64,000 nt of DNA from Candidatus Kaiserbacteria bacterium (GCA_963767115.1 CAVYCR010000003.1:27559-91558); one strand, 5' to 3'. Shown: positions 46,114-56,931, counted from the first letter of the stretch. A program made the numbers and translations. The notes: generated by a model from the letters alone, not told the origin.

Positions 46114-47214
46114 TCAACTGTGCAAAAATTCCATCACGTCACCGTCTTGCACGATGTATTCTTTGCCCTCGGTGCGCAAGACGCCCTTTTCTTTGGCCTT
46201 GGCATAACTGCTGCACTCGAGCAGTGTGTCCCAATGAATGACCTCGGCACGGATGAATTTGTCGCGAAAATCAGTGTGAATCGCGGCACCGGCAACCGGC
46301 GCGGTCGAACCCTTCGAAATCGTCCACGCACGCGTCTCGTCCTTACCTGTAGTAAAAAATGAGATGAGGTTGAGCAAAGAATATCCGCCTTTGATGAGCG
46401 CATCAATGCCGTCGTCCTGCACGCCGAGCTCGCGGCGGAAGTCAGCGCGCTCGTCGTCGTGCACGTCGGAGAGCTCGCGCTCGACACCTGCGTCGACGAT
46501 TACATATTGCGCGTTGGAGCGTTCCAAGAAGTCCTTGAGCTCGCGCCAACGATTTGCATCTTCCGCATCGACGTTGACCGCGCCGCTCTTTCTATTGAGG
46601 ATGTACATGATCGGTTTCATCGTAAGAAGATGCAGTGATTTAGCTGCGATCATCTCCTTCTCTTCTAGCTCAATGGTGCGCGCCGCCTTCCCCTCCCGCA
46701 AGACAGGTACGATCTTCTGCAGCGCATCGCGTTCGGCGACGAGCGCTTTGTCACCACCCTTGGCATCCTTCTCCACGCGCTCGAGGCGCTTCTCGGCGCT
46801 CTCGAGATCGGCAAGCACGAGCTCGAGATCGATCACCTCGATGTCGCGCACCGGGTCAACGCCACCGTCGACGTGGTGCACGTCTTCGTCGTCAAACATG
46901 CGCACGACCTCGGCGATCGCATCCACCTCGCGTATATGCGAGAGGAATTGGTTGCCCAAGCCCTCGCCTTGCGAAGCACCTTTGACGAGCCCCGCGATAT
47001 CGACGAACTCGACCGCGGCCGGCACGACCTTGGCCGACTCGGACATTGCAGCGAGCTTCTGGAGCCGAAAATCCGGCACCGCGACCACTCCCACATTGGG
47101 GTCGATAGTGTTGAAAGGATAATTCTCGGCAGGCACGCCCTTCTTGGTCAAGGCGTTAAAAAGCGTCGATTTGCCGACGTTGGGCATGCCTACTATGCCG
47201 ATTGAGAGAGACAT
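46114..47214 (-). CDS. ychF: redox-regulated ATPase YchF
   Basis: GIVGMPNVGKSTLFNALT, TGS-like C-terminus, 366 aa. Confidence 0.93.
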   Translation of the reverse strand: MSLSIGIVGMPNVGKSTLFNALTKKGVPAENYPFNTIDPNVGVVAVPDFRLQKLAAMSESAKVVPAAVEFVDIAGLVKGASQGEGLGNQFLSHIREVDAIAEVVRMFDDEDVHHVDGGVDPVRDIEVIDLELVLADLESAEKRLERVEKDAKGGDKALVAERDALQKIVPVLREGKAARTIELEEKEMIAAKSLHLLTMKPIMYILNRKSGAVNVDAEDANRWRELKDFLERSNAQYVIVDAGVERELSDVHDDERADFRRELGVQDDGIDALIKGGYSLLNLISFFTTGKDETRAWTISKGSTAPVAGAAIHTDFRDKFIRAEVIHWDTLLECSSYAKAKEKGVLRTEGKEYIVQDGDVMEFLHS

Positions 47215-47506
47215 TGAGCCATATTACAGTAATATGCAATTTTAGACTCATTGACAATAATGCATTATATGTAATAATCATATTAGCAATCGCAAATAAT
47301 CCTAAACAGTGGAGAAAGAGATAACAACCGAGACAATTGAGGGCTGGTCGGAATGGACGGCGCAACTTCTCGCAGAAATCGACAAAGGTTATATGGAGGC
47401 GGCAGCAAACATGCTTGCTTGCTGCTGCGAAAGACATTCATACCACAAACCAGACGACCTTGCTGGATACGATTCGGAGGTGAAAATTCCGACAAGAGAG
47501 ATACGT

Positions 47507-48403
47507 CTACTGCATCCGTTTTCGTTCAACGCGATAATCGGCGGCGATTTTCCAGACGCCTTTTTCGCGGAAGGCTGGTATGGTCTGTCGTCGACCAGCA
47601 TTGATGAGGTTGACAAGTGATTGTGTATGTGTGCGTGCAAATTCTGCGAGCGTTACAATCGTTTTGCCCTCCATGTATGCAATACGCTTGTGCAAACCCT
47701 CACAAAGCGCTCGATACAAAATCAGCTCAAGACTTTTGGGACTCTTCTTGTCTCTAAAATCTCTAAACGTCTTGTAGTATTGTTGCTTCTCTGTATTGCG
47801 AATAATTACGGGTGGATATCCGTACGCCTGAAATTGCATGTTGATGAGTACTCGACCGATGCGGCCGTTACCGTCGCAAAAAGGATGGATGGTTTCAAAT
47901 TGCAAATGAAATTGTGCAATTTTCTTTATTAGTTCACTTGTGTGATCCGACGTATATTCATAGATCGTGTTTTCAATCATACGAATCACGTCCTCCGGCG
48001 CAGGAGCTACGTGTTTGCCTACACGCACATATTCCCCAGCTTCGCGAAACCTACCGGCAATAGCATCGTTAATGCCGCCGATCAAGAGCCCGTGCAAGAA
48101 GAGCATCGTCTCACGATTGAGCACGATATCATGTTTTTTCTTTATATACTCCTGCACGCGCGCAAGGTTTTTGGCTTCGAACACCTCTCGCAGGGTGTAA
48201 TCTTTTGATATTTCCAGGTCGAGAAGGATCTTTTCGGTATCTGGTAGTGTGAGTGTGCTGTTTTCTATCGCGTTTGAGTTATACACCGACTCAGCAAGCT
48301 CTACGTCTTCGATAATCGTGAGCAATGATTCCTTACCGGGCTTAAGTGCATCAAAGCGCCTTTTGAGTTCTTGTATGTGAACAATCTTTTTTGATATTCT
48401 CAT
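47507..48403 (-). CDS. Fic-family protein with an N-terminal auto-inhibitory motif (class II-like)
   Basis: Fic motif HPFCDGNGRIGR. SNAIEN matches the inhibitory (S/T)xxxE(G/N). Start at ATG 48403. Confidence 0.85.
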   Translation of the reverse strand: MRISKKIVHIQELKRRFDALKPGKESLLTIIEDVELAESVYNSNAIENSTLTLPDTEKILLDLEISKDYTLREVFEAKNLARVQEYIKKKHDIVLNRETMLFLHGLLIGGINDAIAGRFREAGEYVRVGKHVAPAPEDVIRMIENTIYEYTSDHTSELIKKIAQFHLQFETIHPFCDGNGRIGRVLINMQFQAYGYPPVIIRNTEKQQYYKTFRDFRDKKSPKSLELILYRALCEGLHKRIAYMEGKTIVTLAEFARTHTQSLVNLINAGRRQTIPAFREKGVWKIAADYRVERKRMQ

Positions 48404-48419
48404 ACCTTTATTATAGCCA

Positions 48420-48450
48420 ATTTGCGTTTCCTTGTCAATAAAACGCAAAT
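48420..48450. promoter_or_regulatory. palindrome ATTTGCGTTT-N11-AAACGCAAAT upstream of the Fic gene, with a third half-site at 48471-48480
   Basis: 10-bp perfect inverted repeat 17 nt upstream of the Fic ATG. Confidence 0.45.
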
Positions 48451-48537
48451 GATGCACTAATATAGACTCTATTTGCGTATTTTACAATTATCTACCTTCC
48501 GTCTAGAGGCGTCGCCTCTGGACGAGCAAGCAGTGTT

Positions 48538-49131
48538 CTAAATCCCCTTGGTACCCAAGCGCGCCACTTTTGCGAGCCAGCGGTCCTTGCACTCGTCGGT
48601 GGGATTCTCGGCCGGACCAAACCAGGTGGCGCGGGTCGAGAAGCCGGCAAACCACAGGATGCCCCACTTGAGCTGGGAGTTTACGTTGCCCGGCAAAAGG
48701 CGCACGAACCACGGCGGCGTGCCGGAGGTGATGATGATGCGCGCGGTCTTACCACTATAGAGCCTGTGCCAAAACATCGATCGCTTGCCGGATTTCATCT
48801 TGATGTAGCGGAAGGCCGAGCCCGGGAGCCACGCACGGTCAAAGAGTCCTTTGAGGAGCGCGGGCATGCCCACCCACCACACTGGGTGCACTATCACGAA
48901 ATGATCGCACCATTGCACGAGCTCTTGGAAACGCTTGAGGTCAGGCTCGAGTTCCTGCATCGCGCGATAGCCTTTGTGCAATATAGGGTCGAACTGCATC
49001 TCTCCGATGTTGAGCCGCTGCACCTCATGCCCCGCGTCGCGTGCTGCCTTCTCGTAGGTATCGACGATGCATGTGCACATGCCTTCGCTGTCGGGATGTC
49101 CATTGAGGATAAAAATCTTTTTGGATTTCAT
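48538..49131 (-). CDS. flavodoxin-fold NAD(P)H-dependent oxidoreductase (NQO/MdaB/KefF-like)
   Basis: MKSKKIFILNGHPDSEG... and ...VIVHPVWWVGMPALLKG... Confidence 0.7.
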   Translation of the reverse strand: MKSKKIFILNGHPDSEGMCTCIVDTYEKAARDAGHEVQRLNIGEMQFDPILHKGYRAMQELEPDLKRFQELVQWCDHFVIVHPVWWVGMPALLKGLFDRAWLPGSAFRYIKMKSGKRSMFWHRLYSGKTARIIITSGTPPWFVRLLPGNVNSQLKWGILWFAGFSTRATWFGPAENPTDECKDRWLAKVARLGTKGI

Positions 49132-49135
49132 AGGA

Positions 49136-49333
49136 TTATTCGCTTGCAGCATCATCAGCGCCGTCGTCGCCCTCGTTGAAATGCTCTGCATACTCGGGTG
49201 GGATCTCGCCGAGACCGTCTTCGGTCTTCATTTTGCGCAAGACAGGATCTTCGTCGGTCTCAAGCGTGTCCCCCATAGCATCTTGAAAGCTTTTCTTGAC
49301 GTCCATGTCGTCGGGAGTCTGGTCGTTCATCAT
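49136..49333 (-). CDS. small highly acidic hypothetical protein
   Basis: 65-aa ORF in an operon-like position. No homology recognised. Confidence 0.35.
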   Translation of the reverse strand: MMNDQTPDDMDVKKSFQDAMGDTLETDEDPVLRKMKTEDGLGEIPPEYAEHFNEGDDGADDAASE

Positions 49334-49347
49334 ATGGCGGGATTATA

Positions 49348-49671
49348 TCACGATCTTTTTCCCCGGTCAGCGTTCTTAGCGGCAAGCGCGACCAGTGTGT
49401 TCACATCGTCCTGCGTGTCCGCATTGACCCGCCGCTCTGTACCGCAGCGCTCGCAGCGGTGCACGATGCGATAGTGCGGAGAAGCGCCTTCGAGCCCGAC
49501 AGGCTCCATCATGCCGCCGCATTTTTCTGCGCGGTCACCCGGGTTCTTGTCGACATGCTTGCTCCAGAGACACTGCGGGCAATGGTTGGTATAGCCGTCG
49601 CCTTCGATAAGCGCGCCGCAATGCTCGCACACGAAATCTTCTATATGTCGCTTGAATTTCTTGGTCTGCAT
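49348..49671 (-). CDS. RNHCP-domain zinc-ribbon protein
   Basis: CEHCGALIEGDGYTNHCPQCLWSKH...CGG...CERCG. Confidence 0.7.
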   Translation of the reverse strand: MQTKKFKRHIEDFVCEHCGALIEGDGYTNHCPQCLWSKHVDKNPGDRAEKCGGMMEPVGLEGASPHYRIVHRCERCGTERRVNADTQDDVNTLVALAAKNADRGKRS

Positions 49672-49672
49672 A

Positions 49673-50116
49673 TTATTGAACGACTACAGATGCTTTGCGG
49701 ACCACGGAAGCGCCGTTTGCGCCTGTGCAAGTAAGTGTGAAAAAGAGTTGGCCGGTCGTCGTCGCCGCCACAACCGTCGAGCCGACAGAGCCAGTACCTA
49801 TAAGCGTGCTGCCCTGCAGTACGGTGCACGGCGCGCTTGGTGCCATGTCGGAGGTCGTCCAAGAAATGGTGACCGGAGAAGATGTGCCGACGAACGATGG
49901 CGCTACGGAGAGTTGAGCGGCGGCCATCGTATGGCGCGACGCCTGAATCGGTACCGGCTGCAAATCAGTATCGCCGGGAAAAGTTGAGTACGCCGACGGA
50001 GTAACGTTTTCAAACGGGCTTACGGTAACATCAAGAGACAGGGCCGGAACCGTGCCAAAATATATATAGATAATGCTGATCGGCAAAACAAAAAGAACCG
50101 GCCAAAACCTTCTCAT
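49673..50116 (-). CDS. membrane-anchored/secreted hypothetical protein (Ig-like beta-rich C-domain?)
   Basis: Start at ATG 50116 (MRRFWPVLFVLPISIIYIYFG anchor) avoids overlap with atpC. Confidence 0.45.
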   Translation of the reverse strand: MRRFWPVLFVLPISIIYIYFGTVPALSLDVTVSPFENVTPSAYSTFPGDTDLQPVPIQASRHTMAAAQLSVAPSFVGTSSPVTISWTTSDMAPSAPCTVLQGSTLIGTGSVGSTVVAATTTGQLFFTLTCTGANGASVVRKASVVVQ

Positions 50117-50166
50117 CGCTTCATTGTAGCCCGCATCTGGAACAACCTTTGCCGCCGTGTTGAAAA

Positions 50167-50420
50167 CTAAAGTAAAATCACGACACGATTGTCGGCGCAC
50201 TCGAGGACGCCGCTCTCGACCGGGAAATCTCGTACTTCGCCCCCGCTTTCTTTCACACTCACTATGCCTGCCTTGAGTGTGCTCACCAAGGGTTCGTGCT
50301 GCGGCAGAAGAGTGAATACACCGTCAGTGCCGGGCACTGTCGCTGACACCGCTGCACCGTCGAAGAGCGTCTCCCCGACGGAGGCGATAACGAGATGAAA
50401 CGTGTTTGGGTGCTCGGCCA

Positions 50421-50421
<1 letters not shown>
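50167..50421 (-). CDS. atpC: F1 ATP synthase epsilon subunit, beta-sandwich domain only
   Basis: 84 aa (FHLVIASVGETLFDG...LPQHEPL...). The C-terminal helical hairpin is absent. Confidence 0.8.
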
Positions 50422-51812
<1,391 letters not shown>

Positions 51813-51851
51813 TTACTTGATATTTCAACAAAAGTAAATTAGTGAAACTGA

Positions 51852-52160
51852 CTAAATGAATATAAGAGATATAAGTTGTGTAAAGCCAAAATATACAAAA
51901 GGAGCTATCCAAAACATTGAAAATATAATGCTTGTTGTGTATTGCTTTTTTGTTAGAAAATAACGACTAAGAAATGGAGCGACTATTAACAAGGCTGGTA
52001 TACCTACAATTACCAGTTCCCCCAAATTCTGATTCAAATTAGACTCACCCGGTGCTCCAAGTCCGGCAATTGCCCATAAATCAAAAAGTAGAGTGATCGG
52101 CATCACTATAAGTGTCGCAACGATCGATAGTGTAGATAGTTTTCGTGCTGTTGACTCCAT
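51852..52160 (-). CDS. small AT-rich 3-TM membrane protein inserted between atpG and atpD
   Basis: 102-aa hydrophobic ORF on the same strand as the atp genes, 1 nt after the atpG stop. Confidence 0.5.
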   Translation of the reverse strand: MESTARKLSTLSIVATLIVMPITLLFDLWAIAGLGAPGESNLNQNLGELVIVGIPALLIVAPFLSRYFLTKKQYTTSIIFSMFWIAPFVYFGFTQLISLIFI

Positions 52161-52161
52161 A

Positions 52162-53115
52162 CTATTTCATTGCTTCCATGCCAGACGTTATCTCCGAGAC
52201 CTCACGCGTGATCGCAGCCTGACGAGCCTTGTTGAACTGCCGCGTGTAGGCGTGCGCCATCTCCTTGGCCTTATCGGTCGCGTTTTTCATAGCGACACGG
52301 CGCGCGGAATGCTCTGAGGCCTTTGATTCCAAGACCGCGTGGAAGATCGCCACGTTGAGAAGTTGCGGTAGAATCACGGCGAGCACGGAATCAGCATCAG
52401 GCTCGATCGTGTATGCCGCCGGTGCCTTGAGCAAGGTTTCGCCTTGCTCAGACGCTTGAGGTGCATACTTGCCGCGCACCGGTCGGATCTCGCTTACGAT
52501 CGTACGCATTCCTTCTGGTGTGATCGGTACGATTTGACGCACTACAGCCTGCTGCTCAAAGGTCGAGATAAAATTGGTGTAGGTGATCATGCACTTCCCT
52601 ATCTCGCCAGCCTTGTGCCAAGCCATTACGAGCTCGGTGACTTTGCGAATATCGCTTTGCGAAACGTCATCAGAAAGATTTTCAAAGCGTTCACGCACAT
52701 CATACCCGCGCGAAGCGAAATACTCCGCTCCGCGCCGCCCGATTGCGATCATCACAATATCCGATGTAGCGATGTCCGACATCACTATTTCGGCTTCAAC
52801 CCTGCGTATAATCGAGCTATTCAAGGAGCCTGCGAGGCCTTTGTCGCTCGTGACAACGATAAAGCACGATTTTAGCGAGGAATTGACTGAGGCCGGGCCT
52901 CGGTCAGCAGACATGAGCGGGTGGTGCGAAAGGTCGACAGTGCCAGCAAGACGCTCAAGAACACTGAGCGCGGCGGCGGCGTATGCGCGGCCGTTGAGCG
53001 CGCGCTCCTGCGCCTTTCGCATCTTGACTGCGGAGACGGCCTCCATCGCGTGCGTGACGGTGCCCGTCTTCTTGTACGACTGGATCTTGAGCTTTATGTT
53101 TTTGAGGCTTGCCAT
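52162..53115 (-). CDS. atpG: F1 ATP synthase gamma subunit
   Basis: 317 aa. MASLKNIKLKIQSYKKTGTVTHAMEAVSAVKMRKAQ... and C-terminus ...AAITREVSEITSG. Confidence 0.93.
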   Translation of the reverse strand: MASLKNIKLKIQSYKKTGTVTHAMEAVSAVKMRKAQERALNGRAYAAAALSVLERLAGTVDLSHHPLMSADRGPASVNSSLKSCFIVVTSDKGLAGSLNSSIIRRVEAEIVMSDIATSDIVMIAIGRRGAEYFASRGYDVRERFENLSDDVSQSDIRKVTELVMAWHKAGEIGKCMITYTNFISTFEQQAVVRQIVPITPEGMRTIVSEIRPVRGKYAPQASEQGETLLKAPAAYTIEPDADSVLAVILPQLLNVAIFHAVLESKASEHSARRVAMKNATDKAKEMAHAYTRQFNKARQAAITREVSEITSGMEAMK

Positions 53116-53146
53116 GATGGATGTACCGACTTACGAAGTCCGTAAT

Positions 53147-54715
53147 TTACTTCGCTACGAAAAGATCGGCGTGCGCGAGGCGGAATTGTTCCATTGCGCG
53201 GCCAAGTTCTTTCTTGGAGTCATCAGAGAGTTGCGCTGACTTTTTGATCTCGGCGAGCGTGGCGGAGTGTTCGCCGTCGAGGTATTCGGCGAAGAGCGCT
53301 TCGACTTGCGTCACTTTGGTAAGCGGCACATCAATGAAGAATTTGGAATTGGCGGCATACAAGACGGCGACCTGACCCTCCAGTGGCAGCGGCTCGCCGT
53401 TTTTCTGCTTGAGTACTTCGACCATGCGCTGACCTGAGGCGATGCGGTCGGCAGTGGTCTTGTCGAGATCCTGCGCGAACTGCATGAACGCCTCGAGCTC
53501 TCGGAACTGCGCAAGCTCGAGCTTGAGGCCGCCTGCGACGGCTTTCATCGCCTTGGTCTGCGCGCTGGAGCCTACGCGTGAGACGGAGTTGCCTACATCG
53601 ATCGCGGGGCGGATGCCTTTGTTGAAGAGGTCGGTAAGGACGAATATCTGACCGTCGGTGATCGAGATCACGTTGGTCGGAATGTATGCGGAGATATCGC
53701 CTTCGAGCGTCTCGATGATCGGAAGCGCGGTGATCGAACCGCCGCCTTTCTCATCACTCAAACGGCACGCACGCTCGAGCAAGCGAGAGTGGAGATAGAA
53801 AATGTCGCCCGGATACGCCTCGCGGCCCGGCGGCCTGCGGAGCAAGAGCGAAAGTTCGCGATACGCGACGGCCTGCTTGGAGAGATCATCGTAAATGATA
53901 AGCACATCTTTGCCTGCGTCCATGAAGTACTCGCCGATAGCGACACCGGCAAATGGTGCGAGGTACTGAAGCGCTGCGGGGGCTGAAGCAGGTGCATCCA
54001 CGATGATCGTATATTCCAAAGCACCGCGCTCGCGAAGCTCCTGCACGATGCGTGCCGTTTTCGATTCCTTCTGGCCGATCGCCACGTAGATGCAGATCGG
54101 GCGCTTGTCGGCATCAATGCTCTTCTGGTTGATGATGGTGTCGATGGCGATGGTGGTCTTCCCTGTGCCGCGGTCGCCGATGATGAGCTCGCGCTGGCCG
54201 CGGCCTACGGGTATCATCGCGTCGATCGCCTTGATGCCGGTCTGCAAGGGCACTGTGACTGATTTGCGATCGATGACGCCGCTCGCTTCTCGCTCCACAG
54301 GCATCATCGTCACCTTCTTGAAAGGTCCTTTGCCGTCGATCGGCTCGCCGAGCGTATTGACTACGCGGCCGAGCAACTCTTCGCCAGAGGGCACACTAAG
54401 GACATTGCCGGTCGATTTGACCGTCATGCCCTCATAGACGCGCGAGCTCTCTCCGAGGATCGATGCACGTATGCCGTCTTCTTCGAGGTTGAGCACGAGC
54501 CCATACAATGCACTACGGTCCTCCATGCTTTCGGACAATTTCTCGCCCTTGCCTTCTTCGAAGATGAGGACCTCGCTCATGAGAGCTTTGGAGAAGCCAT
54601 CGATAGAGACGACACCATCGCCGACAGCTGTGACGCGGCCCACATGCAGAGCTTCCGCCTTCGGCGTATAGCCCTCGATCTCCTTGATGATCTTTTCGAC
54701 GATTGATGAATCCAT
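53147..54715 (-). CDS. atpA: F1 ATP synthase alpha subunit
   Basis: Walker A GDRGTGKT. 522 aa. Confidence 0.97.
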   Translation of the reverse strand: MDSSIVEKIIKEIEGYTPKAEALHVGRVTAVGDGVVSIDGFSKALMSEVLIFEEGKGEKLSESMEDRSALYGLVLNLEEDGIRASILGESSRVYEGMTVKSTGNVLSVPSGEELLGRVVNTLGEPIDGKGPFKKVTMMPVEREASGVIDRKSVTVPLQTGIKAIDAMIPVGRGQRELIIGDRGTGKTTIAIDTIINQKSIDADKRPICIYVAIGQKESKTARIVQELRERGALEYTIIVDAPASAPAALQYLAPFAGVAIGEYFMDAGKDVLIIYDDLSKQAVAYRELSLLLRRPPGREAYPGDIFYLHSRLLERACRLSDEKGGGSITALPIIETLEGDISAYIPTNVISITDGQIFVLTDLFNKGIRPAIDVGNSVSRVGSSAQTKAMKAVAGGLKLELAQFRELEAFMQFAQDLDKTTADRIASGQRMVEVLKQKNGEPLPLEGQVAVLYAANSKFFIDVPLTKVTQVEALFAEYLDGEHSATLAEIKKSAQLSDDSKKELGRAMEQFRLAHADLFVAK

Positions 54716-54760
54716 AAAATAGCTTGTAGGTTTTAGCTTGTAGCTTGTAGGAATGCAAAT

Positions 54761-55159
54761 CTACAAAGAAGCGGCACCGACTGCACGATTATACATGTCC
54801 AGTAAATAATGCTTGTAGCTCGCATCGATCAGGTGTTCCCGGCCCTCGAGGCGCCATCCGCCGATCAGAGTCTCGTCGACACGCGTCTCGATGTGGCCGG
54901 CGTCGATCTCAAAATCGATCAATGCTGCTGCAGCGTCGTTGCGCAATCGATGCTCGTGCTTGTTGTCGGCGATCGTGATCGTCATGAGAGAATTCTTCTC
55001 TTGAGTCTGCGCGAGGCGCTTGAATGCAAAGTGAATGCGCGGCCAGAGGTCGAGCCTGCCGCTACGCTCAAGTGACTGGTGGAGATTGCGTACCGCATCT
55101 TGCGGCTTTGCTCCTGACTCTATAGTGCGCCAAAGCGCTTGAGCGTATTCGTTTTCCAT
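54761..55159 (-). CDS. atpH: F1 ATP synthase delta subunit (short, OSCP-like)
   Basis: 132 aa. Assigned from its position between atpF and atpA and weak OSCP-like sequence. Confidence 0.7.
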   Translation of the reverse strand: MENEYAQALWRTIESGAKPQDAVRNLHQSLERSGRLDLWPRIHFAFKRLAQTQEKNSLMTITIADNKHEHRLRNDAAAALIDFEIDAGHIETRVDETLIGGWRLEGREHLIDASYKHYLLDMYNRAVGAASL

Positions 55160-55161
55160 AT

Positions 55162-55612
55162 TTAGGCGGATTTCTCTCGCAAGATCTTTTCGGCTCCGAG
55201 CATTGCGGCGCGCGCGATCTCCTTCTGGCTGCTGAGAAGCGCCTGACGCTGTGCTTCATCGGCACGCGCTGATGCATCCTCGAAGCATGGCCTGCGCCTT
55301 CGCTTCGGCGGCGCGGACGATTTCCATACCTTTATCGTCGGCACGCTGCCGTGCGGAGAGCGAAAGCGCTTCGGCTTCGCGCGCTGCAGCGCCGACGATC
55401 CCCTCGCCTTCAACTTTCGCCGCTTGCAGGTTGCGCCCCGCCGCCTCGGCTTGGCGCATGCCTTCAGCGATCTTTTCGCGGCGCTCGTCGATCATTGAGG
55501 TGATCGGTTTGTAGAGAAAATACGAGAGCGCGGTGAGCAGCACGCCGAAATTGATCGCCTGAATAATCAGGAGACGCCAATCGATGCCGAATGCTGCGAA
55601 GAGTTGAGACAT
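55162..55612 (-). CDS. atpF: Fo ATP synthase b subunit, interrupted by a +1 frameshift near 55281-55285
   Basis: The N-terminal TM plus coiled coil in track ORF 55256..55612 ends ...AQAMLRGCISACR*. The +1 frame continues EDASARADEAQRQALLSSQKEIARAAMLGAEKILREKSA* and stops 2 nt before the atpH ATG. Confidence 0.8.
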
Positions 55613-55615
55613 GGT

Positions 55616-55685
55616 TAGCTTCTAGCTTCTAGCTTCTAGCTTCTGGGGAATTTCTAATCCCTAGCGGCTAGCCACTAGAAGCTAG
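55616..55685. repeat. 4 perfect TAGCTTC heptads plus a downstream complementary CTAGAAGCTAG
   Basis: 55616-55643 is (tagcttc)x4. 55675-55685 can pair with it. Lies in the spacer between atpE and atpF. Confidence 0.8.
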
Positions 55686-55687
55686 TC

Positions 55688-55933
<246 letters not shown>

Positions 55934-55974
55934 CTAATTGGTAATTTATGACCTACTTTAGCACAAAACGCGGC

Positions 55975-56094
55975 GGCGCGCACTGGCGAGGTAGGTATTT
56001 TGCCGGCTACGCAGGCCCGACGGGGCCGAGTCCGAGCGCTGGGCTAGCAAGCCCAGATAGCGACGGCAAAATACCTACCTCGCCAGTGCGCGCC
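55975..56094. repeat. foldback element, type 2 (second copy): 31-bp arms with the conserved core
   Basis: Arms 55975-56005 and 56064-56094 are exact reverse complements. The core aligns with 15271-15345 at 67/74, with two compensatory pair changes. Confidence 0.85.
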
Positions 56095-56102
56095 TAACAA
56101 CC

Positions 56103-56872
56103 TTAATGCGCCGCGTGAGGATCCGTGATGGCGAGCTTGATAAAGAAAAGCGTGAGGAGCGCGAAGACCGCGGCTTGGACGAAACCGACGAATATTTCAA
56201 AGGCCATGAGGGGCGCCGGCACGATGTACGGCGCGAAATAGGTCGCAACCGCGATAAGGACTTCGCCCGCAAAAATGTTGCCGAAGAGACGAAAAGAGAA
56301 TGAGACGAAGCGCGAAAGCTCGGAGACAAATTCGATGATGCCGATCGATGAAGTTGAGCAAGCGGTTGCCGAGTCCCTCTCCGCGGAAGGTGAAGAATTT
56401 GCCCGCGTAGCGTCCAGAAGCCTACGGCGATGATGCCGAAGACTTCTATAGAGATCACCGAGATGATCGCAAGCGTGAGCGTCACATTGAGGTCGGTGTT
56501 GACGCTGCGCAGAAGCGGCGTGAAGGTACCGTCAGCAGCATAGAAGCCGACTGAGCCGATGCCCGGCGTGAATTCGATCAGGTTGGACGTCGCGATGAAG
56601 AGGAAGATCGTGATGAGAAGCGGGAAAGCGCGTCGCGACCATTTTTCGTCCTCGAGCGTCTCCTTGATGAAGTCCTGCATGTAGATCACGAGCGATTCGA
56701 GGAGTGCTTGGAAGCGGCCCGGCACGTACGAGAGCCTGCGTCGCACCACGATCGCTGCTATGATGAGGATAGTGATCGCGACCCAGCTCGTGAGCAGGGT
56801 GTTGGTGATAGGAATCCCCCACAATGTGCCTATCTGCTCGGGCGCGAGCATGACTGAAATTCCGCTTTGCAT
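56103..56872 (-). CDS. atpB: Fo ATP synthase a subunit, interrupted by two +1 frameshifts (near 56417-56420 and 56350-56353)
   Basis: The N-terminal frame is good to ...IEVFGIIAVGF. The next frame reads GRYAGKFFTFRGEGLGNRLLNF. The third frame reads IGIIEFVSELSRFVSFSFRLFGNIFAGEVL...DPHAAH*, stopping at 56103. The Ser/Arg-rich tail of the track ORF (to 56075) is out of frame. Confidence 0.8.
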
Positions 56873-56893
56873 AATGGAACGATTCTAACACAA

Positions 56894-56931
56894 AGCACAA
56901 AAAACCGCCCTTACGAGCGGTTTTTTGTGCT
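56894..56931. terminator. bidirectional terminator-like hairpin (15-bp perfect stem with A-run/T-run flanks)
   Basis: agcacaaaaaaccgc-ccttacga-gcggttttttgtgct, between the fasciclin gene and atpB. Confidence 0.7.

Noticed and set aside
47309-47620. 103-aa plus-strand ORF as a protein-coding gene
   Set aside because: It has a GTG start without an RBS, its last 114 nt overlap the Fic coding region antisense, and it has no recognisable family. I kept it only as a possible antisense transcript (see findings).
55616-55643. Possible CRISPR array (tagcttc repeats, and the other short tandem repeats)
   Set aside because: The repeat unit is only 7 nt, with no spacers and no cas genes. This is a simple tandem repeat, and no CRISPR array is present in the window.
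56075-56102. 3' extension of the atpB track ORF in the N-terminal frame
   Set aside because: The Ser/Arg-rich tail is out of frame. The genuine a-subunit C-terminus (RLFGN motif) is in another frame and stops at 56103.
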